Shown: positions 38,051 to 51,798, numbered from the whole stretch's first letter. The stretch is 63,525 bases of DNA, filler included, from Rhabdomonas costata (GCA_019059605.1; 33 parts of 33 records of this genome joined end to end with filler, not necessarily neighbours in it); one strand, 5' to 3'. The notes: generated by a model from the sequence alone, not told the origin. Made by a program: numbers and translations.

Positions 38051-38978
38051 GCATTCGTGGCATTGTTTCTTTTGATGTTTCCTTCCGTTCTTTGCAAACC
38101 GAAAGTCATGTATAATGATTTGTAACTCGATTGTACTGCCCTTCGTTTTGTTCTGGGGCATACAGCTGTGCACCAGCTACGAACGTGCAAACACAAACGG
38201 GCCGTCCACAGGCAGTCTCTCGTCAACATTCTAACATATGCCTGTGCTGAACCACGTTGCATTGTTTTTTCTTTCGAAATGAACTAAATTTTTGTGGTAT
38301 CCACACTGAACACTGAACACTGAACTGGGCTGATCGAACTTTGAATTTTGCGGAGGTTTTGTTTCCCGGAATTTCAACGCTTATTTGAAAATTGGAAATT
38401 TGGCCGGTTGACAATGAACTGAATTTAACTTTGAACGCGCTCGCATTGAGGTCGGTGTAAACTTTTCCGAANNNNNNNNNNNNNNNNNNNNNNNNNNNNN
38501 NNNNNNNNNNNNNNNTTAATTAATTAANNNNNNNNNNNNNNNNNNNNNNNNNNNNNNNNNNNNNNNNNNNNTTTTGTTTTGTAATTCAGTGTCCAACGAG
38601 AGGATCGGAGAGAGCTTTTTCATGCGATTTTCGATTAAAGTTCGGGCTTTCACCCTTCAGCTTCGGCAAAGGACTCTGGCACTAACCACACCCAAAGCAA
38701 CCCCACAATTTCGTATGGCGCCGCCCCTCATCGCACTCTCTTTATTTTGTTGCGCCCTTCATCTGGTGCATTATCTAAGCCCTATTTGCTCTCATTTTTT
38801 CTGCATTTATGAGCCATTTTTTCCAAGAGAGTTCGAAGAATAAGTGATTGCAAAGTGATGTTTCAATTTAAGGAATCACTAACTGGTCCTCAGGTGATTT
38901 GCTGGAATCAAGACGGTTGTACTTAGGATGCAAACTCGTGCAAAAAGTGTCCCTCGTCAAGATGGACATTGATTGTCG

Positions 38979-39100
38979 TTGCTGGGCTTTTGAAGACAAA
39001 TTGGACAATATTACCAGTCCAGTCCGCGCTCACCCGGCTCACCCGGAGCGGGCGGGTTGGGACGTTCCATGGGGTGGGCGATGCTCCTTTTAGCGCTGCT
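38979..39100 (+). repeat. Dispersed repeat, copy A (homologous to 44944-45072)
   Basis: Shared collinear blocks TTGCTGGGCTTTT, AAAT-GGACA, GGGTTGG and GGTGGG-GATGCTCC-TTTAGCGCTGCT occur on two different contigs. Confidence 0.8.
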
Positions 39101-41016
39101 GTTGAACGCCTCCTCCCCTCAAAAAGAAAAGTATGTGTCCCCTATCTTTCTACCCACTGTCTTTCTTTTGCGCTAGGACGAACTGGGCAGGCGTGTACTA
39201 CCGCATGGGGTCCTGCAGAGGCAATCGCAATAGATGGTGCACCCCCCCCTCTCCCCGCCTTCTCTCTAAGTGGAGTCGTCCTTTTGTTGTATGTTGCACA
39301 TGCCATCTCCAAAGCGGCAGACAAAGTCACCGGTGCCGTTGTGCACCTGTGTGTTAAGGGAGCACCCCTTCGAAAATTCTCGCGTCCAAGCAAAAAAAAC
39401 GTCTGCTGGAAAATGGAACCCCGATCATTCAGGAGGTTTTTATTTTGCGTTTTGTTTCGATTGAATTCTTTAACTAATACTTAGTGAGTCTCATGTCTTT
39501 CAGAGCAGCACGGTACAGAAGACGAAAATCGCTGATGGGCTACTCCGTTTGATCCTTCCTGTATGCGCACACAGAGCTTCTGCGGCTTCGTGGGAATCCC
39601 GAGGTAGTAGCAGCTCGGGCGGTATTCTTGCAGCTCACCAGTGTGCCTGGGTTTTTCTGCGCCTTCGCCGACCCCCTGCCCAAGGGCACCCACCTCACGG
39701 TGACCTTCGGAGGTTGCCGCCCCATCTGTTTACGTTTTCCCCAACTCTCTGCAGATTGGTGTAAGCCCTCTTGGTAGGCACGGCGCACTCAATGGATGCT
39801 GTGGCGTGGTCATGACAGCCCTTTCTCTCTGTGTTTTTCTGGGAGCCATTTCAGGACAGATGGTTGCCAGTCACGTTGCCGAACCATTGATACGGCTTTC
39901 AGGAAACCCCTTCTCATGGCGTCGATTTCCCACTTTGGGGAGGGGGTCCTTCATTTGGGTGGAGCAGGAATCTGATTGAATTTGCGAAGTATAGGATTTC
40001 GGGAGCTGAGAGAAATCTTGCTGGTTCTTTTGGGTGAATTCTGGCGTGAGCTGAGATTCCTTACTCCTTTCCTCGGGTGCAGGTAACCGCAAATGCAGTT
40101 TATAATGCCTTCAGCTATTCATTTGGAGCCGTTTTCTTTTCATATGCGCAGGCTCGCTGTCCCGTCCGGAGGTGCGCATTTTTCATCTCCTTTCACCACA
40201 CAGCGTGCGGGTTCCTGTTCTCTGATATGTGTCGGTGAAATCTACTCGACTTCGAATACAGTTGGAAAGTGGGCAACACAAATGATTCGGTCCGCCTTGA
40301 GGCGCAATTATTGACTGAGTGTACGATTGCGTCAGTGGCAGAAATGCTCCGCGTCAGGTCAAAAGTGAGAACTCAGTCCAAGCCAAAGGCATGCACGNNN
40401 NNNNNNNNNNNNNNNNNNNNNNNNNNNNNNNNNNNNNNNNNTTAATTAATTAANNNNNNNNNNNNNNNNNNNNNNNNNNNNNNNNNNNNNNNNNNNNGTG
40501 GGTCGAAAAAATTCGTTGGACCGCTCTGGAATTTTTTATTTCTTGACATAAAGATTGTGCCCCGTTCACGCCTTTTGCTGTTTCCCTTCTTCTCACTTGT
40601 GGCGGAAACCCGCCGCTGATCCCTTTCCCTTTCAGTAAAGAGGGTACCTGCTGCGGTTGCCCCAATAAAAGACCTTTGCCCCAATAAAAGCAATTAAACC
40701 GCTGCAGCGCTCCCAGTGTGCCCAATATTTTTGCTCTTGCAGGGTTATTGTTTTTCGGGAGTATGGATAACCCCTCTGTTGTTGGGGGAACTCATCCCTC
40801 AGAAACGGAGGGAGATAATGTACAGGTCCAATTTCCGGTGGCGGACCAACTTCTAACGGCGGAAGAGGTTGTTGCATCCTGGTTCGAGCTGTGTATCCGC
40901 TACGTGTGGGTGGTATAGGAGGGGATCGATGTTTCTGCCCCCACCCCACATCCCACCACGGTCCGAACCCCGAAGGATCATAATTACTGCACGAAAAAGA
41001 TATTTTGACAGCTCGG

Positions 41017-41438
41017 CCAAATACCCAGAGTTACACGGCGAGGACCCATGAGAACATTTGCTCCCTGGTGCAAGACTTTCTGGCCAAAAACTTTCGGAGA
41101 AATTCTTATCGACTTCCAGCCCACTCTGTGCCACTTCAATTCTTCTACCCGCATCGGCATCTCAAGGGACAGGTAGATACATCTACCCCCCAACATGTCA
41201 TCGCAACGTCCACACGTGCACAAGAGGTCGCTTGGGCGAGTTTTTCTCTTTTCTTCGTTTTCAGGTGGTCAGGTTTTTGATGGACCACAAGAGTGACGAG
41301 GACCTTCGCGGGAGAGTATTGGCTGTTTTCGGTGAGGCTAGGGGAGCAGATGAGTCCCGGATATCCCTGCCCTCTCTGCAGGAGGATCCCGCCCCGGCCA
41401 TCTCTGAACCCCTGCAGCCACTGGTGTCCTCCCTTTGA
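41017..41438 (+). CDS. Probable terminal exons of unknown protein
   Basis: ...YTARTHENICSLVQDFLAKNFRRNSY...HLKGQ|GTAGAT, then a pyrimidine tract ending TTTTCAG|, then VVRFLMDHKSDEDLRGRVLAVFGE...* in phase 0. The start is approximate. Confidence 0.5.
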
Positions 41439-42197
41439 AAGTTGTTGCCTCGTTCTACCGAGTATAAACGGCGAGAGCACTGATGGCATGGTGTAGGCAT
41501 TTTTGTTTGGCCCGTGCCGCGTGCCGTACGAAGCCCGCTCCTGAGACGTTCAAAGAGGACTCTTTTCTTCAACCAGACGTTGCAGATCGATCATGAGCGA
41601 TTTGGTGTTATCCTCAGATGGCAGAGGGTGGAAGGCCCCAGCGATGTTTGTTAAGTCATAATGTGAGTGGCTCTAGCACATGAGTACAGCACCACACCCC
41701 TGACCCCTTCCACCACGGCCTCTCAGCATAGAGAATTGAGTCTTCACAGAATGAATCGCTTTTGCTGCGCCAATGGCCACTCTTCAGAGTGATCAGCTAT
41801 ACTGCTGGTATATGCTTCAGGCAGGGATGGGGTGAATTGTCATGCAACTGTTGACCATCTACGTTGCAGACCTCTGCGGAGGTCACCTCCGCGGAGTTGA
41901 TGGGGTCAGGCCACTCGATCAAGTTTGACAATGCGGAGGTTGCTCTAAAGAGTGGCACGGAGGCTCTGCTCCGCAAGGTCCTCCCAGAACTCTGCTGCTC
42001 ACCTCATTTCATGATACTTTAGAGAGTTTTTTCAGTGAAGCCCTACTCGTACCTTGTTCTCGCATATGTTTCTACCTCAGCATGGGATCCATTGGATTTC
42101 GAGCTTGGATTTCCAGCTCGCCAGTCCGCGTGAAGATCGACCAGGACCGAGCAAATTGTTTCACGCGGTTCACACATAGAATGGTCTGCAACTTCCG

Positions 42198-42303
42198 CGC
42201 AAAGACAACCAATCTGGAACTGGACGCCAATTCATGATTCACGCTCACGCAAAGACAACCAATCTGGAACTGGACGCCAATTCATGATTCACGCTCACGC
42301 AAA
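42198..42303. repeat. 50-bp tandem duplication at contig end
   Basis: CGCAAAGACAACCAATCTGGAACTGGACGCCAATTCATGATTCACGCTCA occurs twice. Confidence 0.95.
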
Positions 42304-44498
42304 AAACGCGCACGCACACACACCNNNNNNNNNNNNNNNNNNNNNNNNNNNNNNNNNNNNNNNNNNNNTTAATTAATTAANNNNNNNNNNNNNNNNNNNN
42401 NNNNNNNNNNNNNNNNNNNNNNNNCACCTGGTTGAAGCAGCTCGAGACGCTCGGAGCGGACACTTTGAAGAGCCTGGGACAAGGTCAAGATCCGGGACCG
42501 GTTAAACGACGCCGCTGTGGCAAACCTGCTGAAAATCCTAACCCTAGCCCCAGGCCGCAGACGCATGCATGGCCATCGTTCAAAAATCTAAGACAACGCA
42601 AAAGGGGGCAAGGTGGAGGGCTGCGGATGCGTCGAGATAAAAAACACAGCTGCGAGGAAACAACAGAACATACTCCAGCATCGGGGGCCTGTACAGACCC
42701 AGCAACCCAAAATTCTTCCAGCTGTACCCCAGTATTCTGGCTTGGCCTTGGTGTCAACTCCGCGTTCTCTGAAGTTGAACTCGAGCCACAACCCATTTCA
42801 GCGTCACTTTTTAGGAATTCTGCAAACGCATTTTTTACACTTAATGTCCAATCCAGAATATAGTACAGTAAGTAAATTGTAAGAAATTAGAAATGAAATT
42901 TGTTCGTATTAATTTAAGTTAAGTAAATCTATGTAATATGTAAGTTTAGCTTAGAATTGCTATGTAAGTTAAGTTTAGAATTGGGTTCTTGGGAAAATGT
43001 TCGCAAATGAGGTACAGTGTCCAATTGCGGTAAATGCAACATACGCGCAGGAAGGCATAGGAAGGTCAACATACAGTGCAAAATTTATTCTCAGAATGAA
43101 TGAAGCGCGAAAATTAGGCAAAAACAGGGATCGCTGGACAAGAATCTGGTTGCAAAGGAAGAACGGAGAAGTAACGAAGTGAGTGTGAAGACTTAAATCG
43201 GATGACGGAAAAGCAGGAAGATGGATGGAAGGACGACAGCCATTGGCTGAAGGCGGATGGGCAGAGCCCCTATGGGGAGAGGACAGCTGGAACCAGAACA
43301 CACATTTACACAGGCTTCCAGTAAGGGGTGAGAAGGTTAGAGGGGGGGGGAGTAGGTTGCCACTGTTCTACTTGCCCCCCCCCCCCTTGACAAACTGGTT
43401 CAGGGTACAGCATCGCCACTGCTCAGTGAAAGACCCAAATGCAAACGGCAAACAACAAACAACACACAAGGAAAAAGAGATGAAAGCGGGAAGGTGGTAC
43501 GGGAGACATGTGCAGAGCTCAGAACCCCGCACTCCTGGAGGGGCACAGAGTGGTAAGGGTGAGGCTGCAAAGAGTGATCCAGTGTGTATGGGAGCGGGAG
43601 TGCAGCTAATATTTCGGAGGATTCTAGGGTGGCCGTCATCGGGGGCGGCACGCCCCCGCAGTTCAGGTCCGCCAAGAAGTGCTCTGCGAGCCGAGTGGCC
43701 CCAGCGTGTCCACACCAAACGGCACAAACTCCCCGCGACCCATGTAATAATATTTGCGTTTCTCGTCTGGCCTTCTCAGAGGAAAGATCCAGACCAAGGG
43801 CCTGCTCGATGGTGAGGACCACGCAAGTGGGAACGCTCCTTTATAGATGTGGACGTCAGCGGGGCGCTCCAAACCCGCGATGCCGACTTCCTTGTCGGCG
43901 CTAAAGTGAGCAGCGTGTTCAACAGGAGGTCGCGTAACACATAGGGCGACCGTGATCTGAGTGTTTCCGCCCACTTTGACCCAGATGGGTATTGAGCTGA
44001 CGGACATCGGGAGGAGGGGCACCCCCAGACGCAAACGCACCAATGAGCAAAAGTAGATGTCTCAATGGCCAGTCCAAAGTGTGTCGAAACCATCCCGATC
44101 CACGCGCCAGAAATTGTTCGAAAGACACTGAAGACGGAGTGATTCACAAGCACTGCTGGAAACCAGTCTCGCACCTCCTTATCGGTGAACAAACAGTAGC
44201 CGGCTGCTACCACTGTTAGAACGGACGCCAGATACGAAGAGGCCACAACACANNNNNNNNNNNNNNNNNNNNNNNNNNNNNNNNNNNNNNNNNNNNTTAA
44301 TTAATTAANNNNNNNNNNNNNNNNNNNNNNNNNNNNNNNNNNNNNNNNNNNNGAGGCTCACACGTTTTAGACGTAGATGTACAGTGTCTTGTCGTTCTCT
44401 GTTCTGGGTTTTTTGTTTGCAGGATTTCCAATCCCCTTCCTCCCACCCATCCTACTAGTTTTCTCCCAGGTGGTCGCTTCTCCCTGAACTTCTGTACA

Positions 44499-44846
44499 AT
44501 GACGGCTTTCCGTGGCGGCCCTCTCTTTGGAGCGCTTCGCCGGTTCGGCCTTCGCCCTCGTGAGGCCTCGCAACCTCCACGGCCACCACCTACCGTTCCT
44601 CTTCGGAGTTTCCATCGGGCGAGTGCGGGGACAATGTCCGGATCGGTTTTGCTTTCCGCGGCGACGGCTTCCTCTTCGACCTCGACCTCGTCCGCTTCCT
44701 CGCCTTCCGGGGAAGCTCCGGGGGTGCCCCCACCCCCGGCACTCCCGAACGTGCCCTCGGGGACCATTTTGAACAGCCGCAGGCAGCGGGAGGCGCAGGA
44801 GAGTGCGCTTCTGGGGGTGCTGCGAAAGAACATCGGCGATACCGTG
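44499..44846 (+). CDS. Probable first exon with a mitochondrial-type targeting peptide, unknown protein
   Basis: MTAFRGGPLFGALRRFGLRPR... is Arg/Ser-rich and acid-poor. The frame ends at NIGDTV|GTGTGT donor. Confidence 0.45.
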
Positions 44847-44943
44847 GTGTGTGTGTCTGCTCTACAACTGATTGGGAGGGGGGACATTAAACCTTTGGCA
44901 CGGCTGAACGTTGACCACTGTTTAACGTTTTTAGCTTTTGGTT

Positions 44944-45072
44944 TTGCTGGGCTTTTTCCAGATAAATGGGACAGGATTATTCTTTCAGTGCTGTAGGCCA
45001 GCCGGTAGCGCGGGGCGGGCGGATGGGTTGGCACCTTCCGTTGAGGTGGGTGATGCTCCGTTTAGCGCTGCT
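44944..45072 (+). repeat. Dispersed repeat, copy B (homologous to 38979-39100)
   Basis: Same collinear blocks as copy A. It lies in a putative intron. Confidence 0.8.
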
Positions 45073-48000
45073 AAACGTTACGGGGGGTTAAACTATGTCA
45101 ACTGCTTCTTAATGCATTTTTTCTTTGCAATTTTGGATTTATTTTAAGGGGGGGTGTTGTAATTTTAGCAATGTTTAACGCCTAACGTCCCATTTCTTTG
45201 TAAACAAATCAACTGCAAGAGGCCTGCGTGTACTGCGTCGGATCCGAACGCACACTGCGTTGTTTTTATTTGCGGTTCTTCACGTGCTTTGTATTTCTCG
45301 CCGCATCTGTTTATGCGTGCACACACCTGCTGTTCGGGGATCCGGCACCCCACGTCGGACCCATAGGCTGCTCTCGTCTTTATTTAGGGACAGCTTTGCT
45401 TATTTCCGCGCTCGACTTCTCCGAGTCAGACAAAAATAAAAGTTACCCGGTTACCGATCAAACATTGCACGGGAACCTTTCGAGAATGACCGTGTGTATG
45501 TTGGCGAGGATAAGGGCTTGTTCCCCGTCGCCGTCCTCCCAGGAGCAGCGGGAGGAGTGGGCCTCTTCCTACGTTCCCGTGCCCCCGGAGGCCCGAATGG
45601 AGCGGACGAAGGTCCCCGTGGTGCTGGAGCAACCCCCAAACTCCTGCTTCATGGTCGTCGGGGTGGCAGGTGTTTCACCACCTTATCCCTGAACAGAATA
45701 GCGGCAATCGTGCACAGTGAAAACGGAAGTTTTCGGACGTAGTTGTTTTTTAGCAACTGGGTGATTTTTTTTGGTTCTGAAGCCCGATGCAGCCATGCGT
45801 TTGTGGGGGGTGTTATACAACGCCCAAAGTGTTGAAATTGTGTTTCACCTGACGTGATAATGCATTACGCGCTACTGAGAAGCCAATGACTCAGAACTCA
45901 GAACTCGATCAAGACGCACCGCATGTATTTCAGGACCATTTGATAGCATGCCACAACCTTCTGCGCATGGGCATAGTCCCTTCTAGACATTTAACCGTAG
46001 GGTAAAAAGAATGGCCGTTTAGCGAATGTTTGACGCCCCACCACCACCACAAAAAGATACAAATACCCGGACCTCCAGTTTCAAGCATCTTCAATTGTTC
46101 TTGAAAAAATCTTTAACTTGCTTTTAACTTAGCAGTACAAACGCTTAACGCCCCACCTTCACTCCACCCCACACCACCCNNNNNNNNNNNNNNNNNNNNN
46201 NNNNNNNNNNNNNNNNNNNNNNNTTAATTAATTAANNNNNNNNNNNNNNNNNNNNNNNNNNNNNNNNNNNNNNNNNNNNACGCACTCAGATTTAAGGGAT
46301 TATTTAGGGGCCAGGCTCCGCGGTGCGCGGGTAGGGGTGGTGGTAGAACGCAAGTGGAAATGAAAATTCGAATGGAATCGTGGAATTGCACGTTTAGGAA
46401 ATGCCCAGGCCTCGCCATCAAACCCATTAGTTGCTGTGTTTGACTGGAGGATTGCAAACAACATTGAACCTTTGAAAGGGCATCGAAGCGTGCTCCACGT
46501 GAACAGTTGTCTATGTGCTTCCTGTGGTGGAAAAGAGCTGGGAGGTGTTGTGGAGCCCTGCTCCATAGACTAGGCTGGCGACGGGCTTTTTAGTGGGAAG
46601 TTGCCTGTCCGTTCCCTGCGCTCTTCCAAATGCAAACGCGAGGCACTTGCTTTGACCCTGTGCTGCGATCGGTTTAGGTTCCGGCCCCACCCGCGCTAGC
46701 GCGAGTAATAGCTCAAATTCTCACGCGCAGCTGAGTGACTCGATATGACACCGGCGGACGGGAGCCGGAGCGGAGCCCGAGCCGACCTCATGACTTGAGT
46801 TGGAGTGGTGGCTCGTTGCTTCTATCATTGTCTGCATTTTATACTGCAAAACAATTTGCACACATTGGGTGCTGTCAAGGTTAGGGATCCTAGAGGTAAC
46901 GAGTAGCAACTAAAGGTTCCCAGTCAAAACAATTTTTCTATGGGAGCGTGCTTTAAGAATGACTTCGAAGGCCGGCAGCTGCCCGCTCTGGCCTGCGCGC
47001 CGCTGGCCTTCGCCCGAAATTTATCGCTATCCGGCTCAATGTCTACTCGACAAGGAATTGGATCCGGTGTCACGGGGGATGAGTGGTTGTGTTGAACTCA
47101 AAAACAACTCCTCCTCCCGTCCTGACCGATCTTTTTTTTTAGGTGCTTCTCTCCTTGTTGCCTTCCTTCTCAATCCCACACAAATCCATACCGATAATTG
47201 CGCCTTTGCACCTTTGGATTGGAGGACCGAATCTATTCAGCAATTTTTTGTTTGGTCTCACGAAACGTGCAAAAAGGAGCAGTATTGTCGGCAAACTGCA
47301 AGTATTGAGGGTTTTGGTTTTCTTTCAAGCTTCTGCAGAAAACTCACGGTTCTCACCGCTGTTGCTATCGCCAAGATTGCGCTGCTCCCGTATTCAAGTG
47401 CGCGCATTTGCGAGCTGGGTGTGTATTTATTTTGTTACAAGAGAATGGTCAGGAACAGAAGACGGGAAACACCCTGGTGAAGCACCCTGTGCTGTGGTAT
47501 ATTGCAGTATTTCAGTGATGTTAGTATTGCAGTGGTGTCCTTTGCAGTACAATCACCCTTGCCAAACTTTCCATCCTTTCTTTCAGGGGCGTGCAGCCTG
47601 TTTTTGCGGTTGCTGTTCGACAAGAAGTTTGGCCTTCCTCTCGCGGTGCGAGCATAACCACATGCATTTACAAAACAATGAAAAAACACAGTCCAGTGTT
47701 CAAAGTCCGGCGCACACAACAGCCGCACAGATGCAAAGAGAAGAGAACGTGAGTGAAACAGTACAGTTTGAAGCAGTCAATGAAGGAAGACACTGGTGAA
47801 ACAACACAACAGCAGCAACTACCGCGGAGTCCACTCCCATAAACGCCCACCCACTCCGACCGAGGCCCCTCTCGGAACCTCCCGTACTTGTCGGGAGTGC
47901 GAAAGGCAAAGAGAGGAACAACAACAAACCCTGGAGGCAGGGGATGGGGACTCGCCCAGAGAAAACCCCACCCTCGAGTAGGACTCACGGAGGGGAGGCC

Positions 48001-48403
48001 ACCACATGCATTAAAGCAACTACTTATTTGATCATGCTGCAGCGCGCGAGCTTGGTTTTTATTAGCAGTGCTTGATAACCCCCCAACCCCAACGAGACCA
48101 AAAAAANNNNNNNNNNNNNNNNNNNNNNNNNNNNNNNNNNNNNNNNNNNNTTAATTAATTAANNNNNNNNNNNNNNNNNNNNNNNNNNNNNNNNNNNNNN
48201 NNNNNNGGGTGTTGGGTGCAAGGTCGGGCATAGCGACAAGAAGGGATGACTGAACAATAAGATTTGCATATCATTCTGACTGATGAATAGCAGGTAACAC
48301 GAAACCATCATCCGTCAACCAAGCGAAGCAGATCCTTCCAAAAAAGGCGACCCGGGGGACAGAGGGAAGAACTATCCGACCATCTGGTCATACAAGCGCA
48401 CAC

Positions 48404-49839
48404 CTTGCCCGACTTTGGAGGGCCCAAGATCAGAGTGGGCCTTCCTGGGCGGAGGGTCCCGGTGAGGTCGTGGAGGCCCTCCCGGTCCTTCTGAAGGAAC
48501 TGGTCGCAGAACGTGAAGATGCTCACGAACCGCGAGCCCACCGTGTCCATCCCACCGGGTTTGGCTGGCACCTTCGCCGTGTAGGTGAGCCTCTCAAAGC
48601 GGATGGTGCGGAAGAGGCTGAGATACTCTGGAGAGAGGTGCCTCCGGATCTGAGAGCGAAGGGAAGAATTACCTTCCGGGTAAAAACGTGACCCCATGGG
48701 GAACACATAGACGACATTGACAACCGATTCGCTTTGGCTTTGCTTTTGGCATAAGCAAAACGGCACTGACAGCAACAATGTTCAGAGTTTTGCTCAACTG
48801 AGCGGGCAAGAATGCGGACCAAACGGGGATGAGTGTGGTGGGAAAGAGACAGTGAATTCGCAAGGTGATATAATGCGTGGGTATGCAAAATTGGTGCTCG
48901 TGGGTGTAAGGTACCGGGGAGGAAAAGGGGGATGAGCGAGGATAGCAAAGGTGAACAAATAGAAGAAGGAGAGGCTCTGCCGGGAACCGCCTTCTAGGTA
49001 GCTGCCTACCCGTCCCCCCCCCTCCGCAAGCCATTTTCAGCAAAAATCAGGGTGACATCCTCAGCCCTGTAAAAGCAGTGCCAAGGTAAGGAGGATAACA
49101 AAATGAAGAAATGGTAACCCAGGTAACCTGCCGGAGAAGATCCTCCAAGCCACGGCTGAGAACGGACTTCGCACTTCGGATGTCCGATTCCAGACCCTCA
49201 GACACTGCCCGGTTCTCCGCCGCAACCTGACGGCGAAGGTTAAACCCCCAGATGATCCCATGAGGGACTGCGCGCCATGGCAAGAAAGTGCCTACCCAGG
49301 TCCATCATCTTAAAAAAAAAAAAGGAGACATTGCTATGCTCCCCCTCGAGATCACGGCTACTCCCCGTTGGGGCTGCTCAGAGATGTGCAAGGGATATTT
49401 TAAGCGAGCTGAAGGTGCGTTTTCGTCCAACGACGAGCTACGGCAGTGCGGAGCTAAAACTGAGGGCAAAGCCCGACAGAACAATTTCAGGTGTGATTAC
49501 AACTGAACAACGCGAAACTCGGGTGACCCCTTGTAAGTTTGCGGTTGTTTCAGAGTCGATCAGATGAGTCACACGCACCCAAAACAGCCAGCCATGTTCC
49601 TCGGAACAGGTCCGCACTTACGAGTCCTGAGGTGGCAAAAGGCGCAAAACTTTGACACCACAGAAATGTTGCGCAAGGGCGCGTGAGGACAGAAGGAGGA
49701 GAGGGAGCACCAGGCACACCCTCTCCTCGTTGAGGAAATAGTGTCGGAACTGCTCGGAAACTCCCACCCCACGTCGCGGAGCTACGCCCTGTCCCGGCCT
49801 GGTCTGCAGGCGCTCCAGCAGCACGCCAAAGTCCGAGCT
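48404..49839 (-). CDS. ABCG/PDR-type ABC transporter, N-terminal part (3 exons)
   Basis: Exons 49839-49720, 49226-49128 and 48649-48404 are all phase 0. The last reads TIRFERLTYTAKVP...MDTVGS...GLHDLTGTLRPGRPTLILGPPKSGK (Walker A), typical of PDR NBD1. Confidence 0.85.
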
Positions 49840-50258
49840 CTGCTACAACCCAATCCCAAGGCCCACACACAAAAAGGTGCAACGCGATGAAGATTGCTCA
49901 ATGGACCGAGGAAACAACCGATCTTTGATGTTGCTGGTTATTTTGCAAAGTTTGTTTCGCAGAAAAAGTCCCTCTCGACCTTCTCCTCATTGCGTGAGAG
50001 AGAGAGGGACTTTTTCTGCGAAACAAACACCANNNNNNNNNNNNNNNNNNNNNNNNNNNNNNNNNNNNNNNNNNNNTTAATTAATTAANNNNNNNNNNNN
50101 NNNNNNNNNNNNNNNNNNNNNNNNNNNNNNNNACAGTTGTTTCAGACGCAGCAGCAAAACTGAGGCACATGGCCTTCCGGCGGAATGGGCCTCACAGGAA
50201 CCAGGGACATGCTCCACAGGGTGAGGTGAGGTGGGGGTGGAATATGATGGGAGAGCAC

Positions 50259-51798
50259 CTAGCGTGTGCAGCGCTTCAATGATCTTGGGGTGGCCCTTGA
50301 CCACGGCGTAGTGGAGAGGAGTCAGGCCCTTGCTGTCTGCAGCCTCAATGTTGGCACCTGTCGAAAAAACAAGCCACTGATTGATTCTTTTCTCGTCCAA
50401 AGATGATAAAACGAGTGATCCATTTTTGAATCAACAGACAGAACTCAAAGGATCTTTTTTAAAATACAGGATCCTCTCCTTGTAAAAAAATGGCATATAA
50501 CAACCAAACACTTTGTGGCACTCCTAGCCGGAGGGCTCTTTTTGACCTGAGGCATATCCTCCCCCTGAAATTTCTTCCTGCACCATCACCTTCCTTGCTC
50601 GCTTGCGAAGTCTCCAGAAGACCCCCTGGAGGAGTCGAATTTGACTTAAACGACCATTAAATGCTCAAATTAGCCAAGATTAGGTAAAAAAAACAGCCCA
50701 AAATAGGCAAATATAGGCAACAATAGGCAAAATTTGCTCGTAAAATAGCATCTGGGTCTCCAGTGTCGTCCCCGAAAAGACAGTGTTGAGACAAGCCTTC
50801 GGTACATGCGCAGGAGAAAAAGATGCAGATTATTTCCCCTTTTTCTAGAAATGGTTTTTGTTTTTGTTTTTGTTTTGTCAATATTTTTTTTTTGCAAAGT
50901 TCCCAAAACTTACAGTACAGGAAAGCGCAAACAGGCAAACAATCGCTGAGAGCCGATGTGGAACGAACGCTCAAGTAGAACGGGTGCAGGGGGTGTCAAT
51001 TTAACAACCAACCTGCCTGGTGCAGGAAGGACACGAGCCCCAGATGCCCACTCTGAGTGGCGTAGTGCAGGGCGGTCAGCCCCGACTCGTCCGCTTTTGT
51101 CATGTCCACCTCTGAAAAAAGGAATTAAAATGCAAGGTGCTGTTTAGCTTTCCCATGTTTATGGTCTTCTGTGGTGCTACTACTAGCGGGAAGTTGAATA
51201 TAACCAAGTTTTTCAAGCTTGTCCAGAGTCTTGGTTGGTGACTGGGTGACTGCCCACAAAGTTGATATTGCCAGCCGGCCCAGTGTTCGGGAACACTGTT
51301 ACTGTTACACTGTTACACATTTTCATGGACACAAACACAGCGCAAAGCTCATCAAGAGAAAAAAAGGAATTAAAATGCAAGGTGCTGTTTAGCTTTCCCA
51401 TGTTTATGGTCTTCTGTGGTGCTACTACTAGCGGGAAGTTGAATATAACCAAGTTTTTCAAGCTTGTCCAGAGTCTTGGTTGGTGACTGGGACTGCCCAC
51501 AAAGTTGATATTGCCAGCCGGCCCAGTGTTCGGGAACACTGTTACTGTTACACTGTTACACATTTTCGTGGACACAAATACAGCGCAAAGCTCATCAAGA
51601 GAAAAAAGCAATACCGTTAATGACGAGGATTTTGGCGCCCATACGTCAAGGAAGAGAGAGGATTGGGAAGGAAGGTTGGGAGGAGGAGTCGCCGCGCACC
51701 CCACTTCTTGAGCAATTCCAAGATTTTCAAGTGGCCACTTCCCGCAGCCCAGTGCACAGCGGTGCGGCCTTGTTTGTCCGCGGCGTGGACATCGCTTC
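50259..51798 (-). CDS. Ankyrin-repeat protein, partial (two 99-nt exons)
   Basis: Exon 51798-51700 reads GSDVHAADKQGRTAVHWAAGSGHLKILELLKKW. Exon 50357-50259 reads GANIEAADSKGLTPLHYAVVKGHPKIIEALHTL. Confidence 0.93.
51114..51608. repeat. About 245-bp near-perfect tandem duplication inside the ankyrin intron
   Basis: GGAATTAAAATGCAAGGTGCTG starts at 51121 and 51366. The copies differ by a small indel and about two substitutions. Confidence 0.95.
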
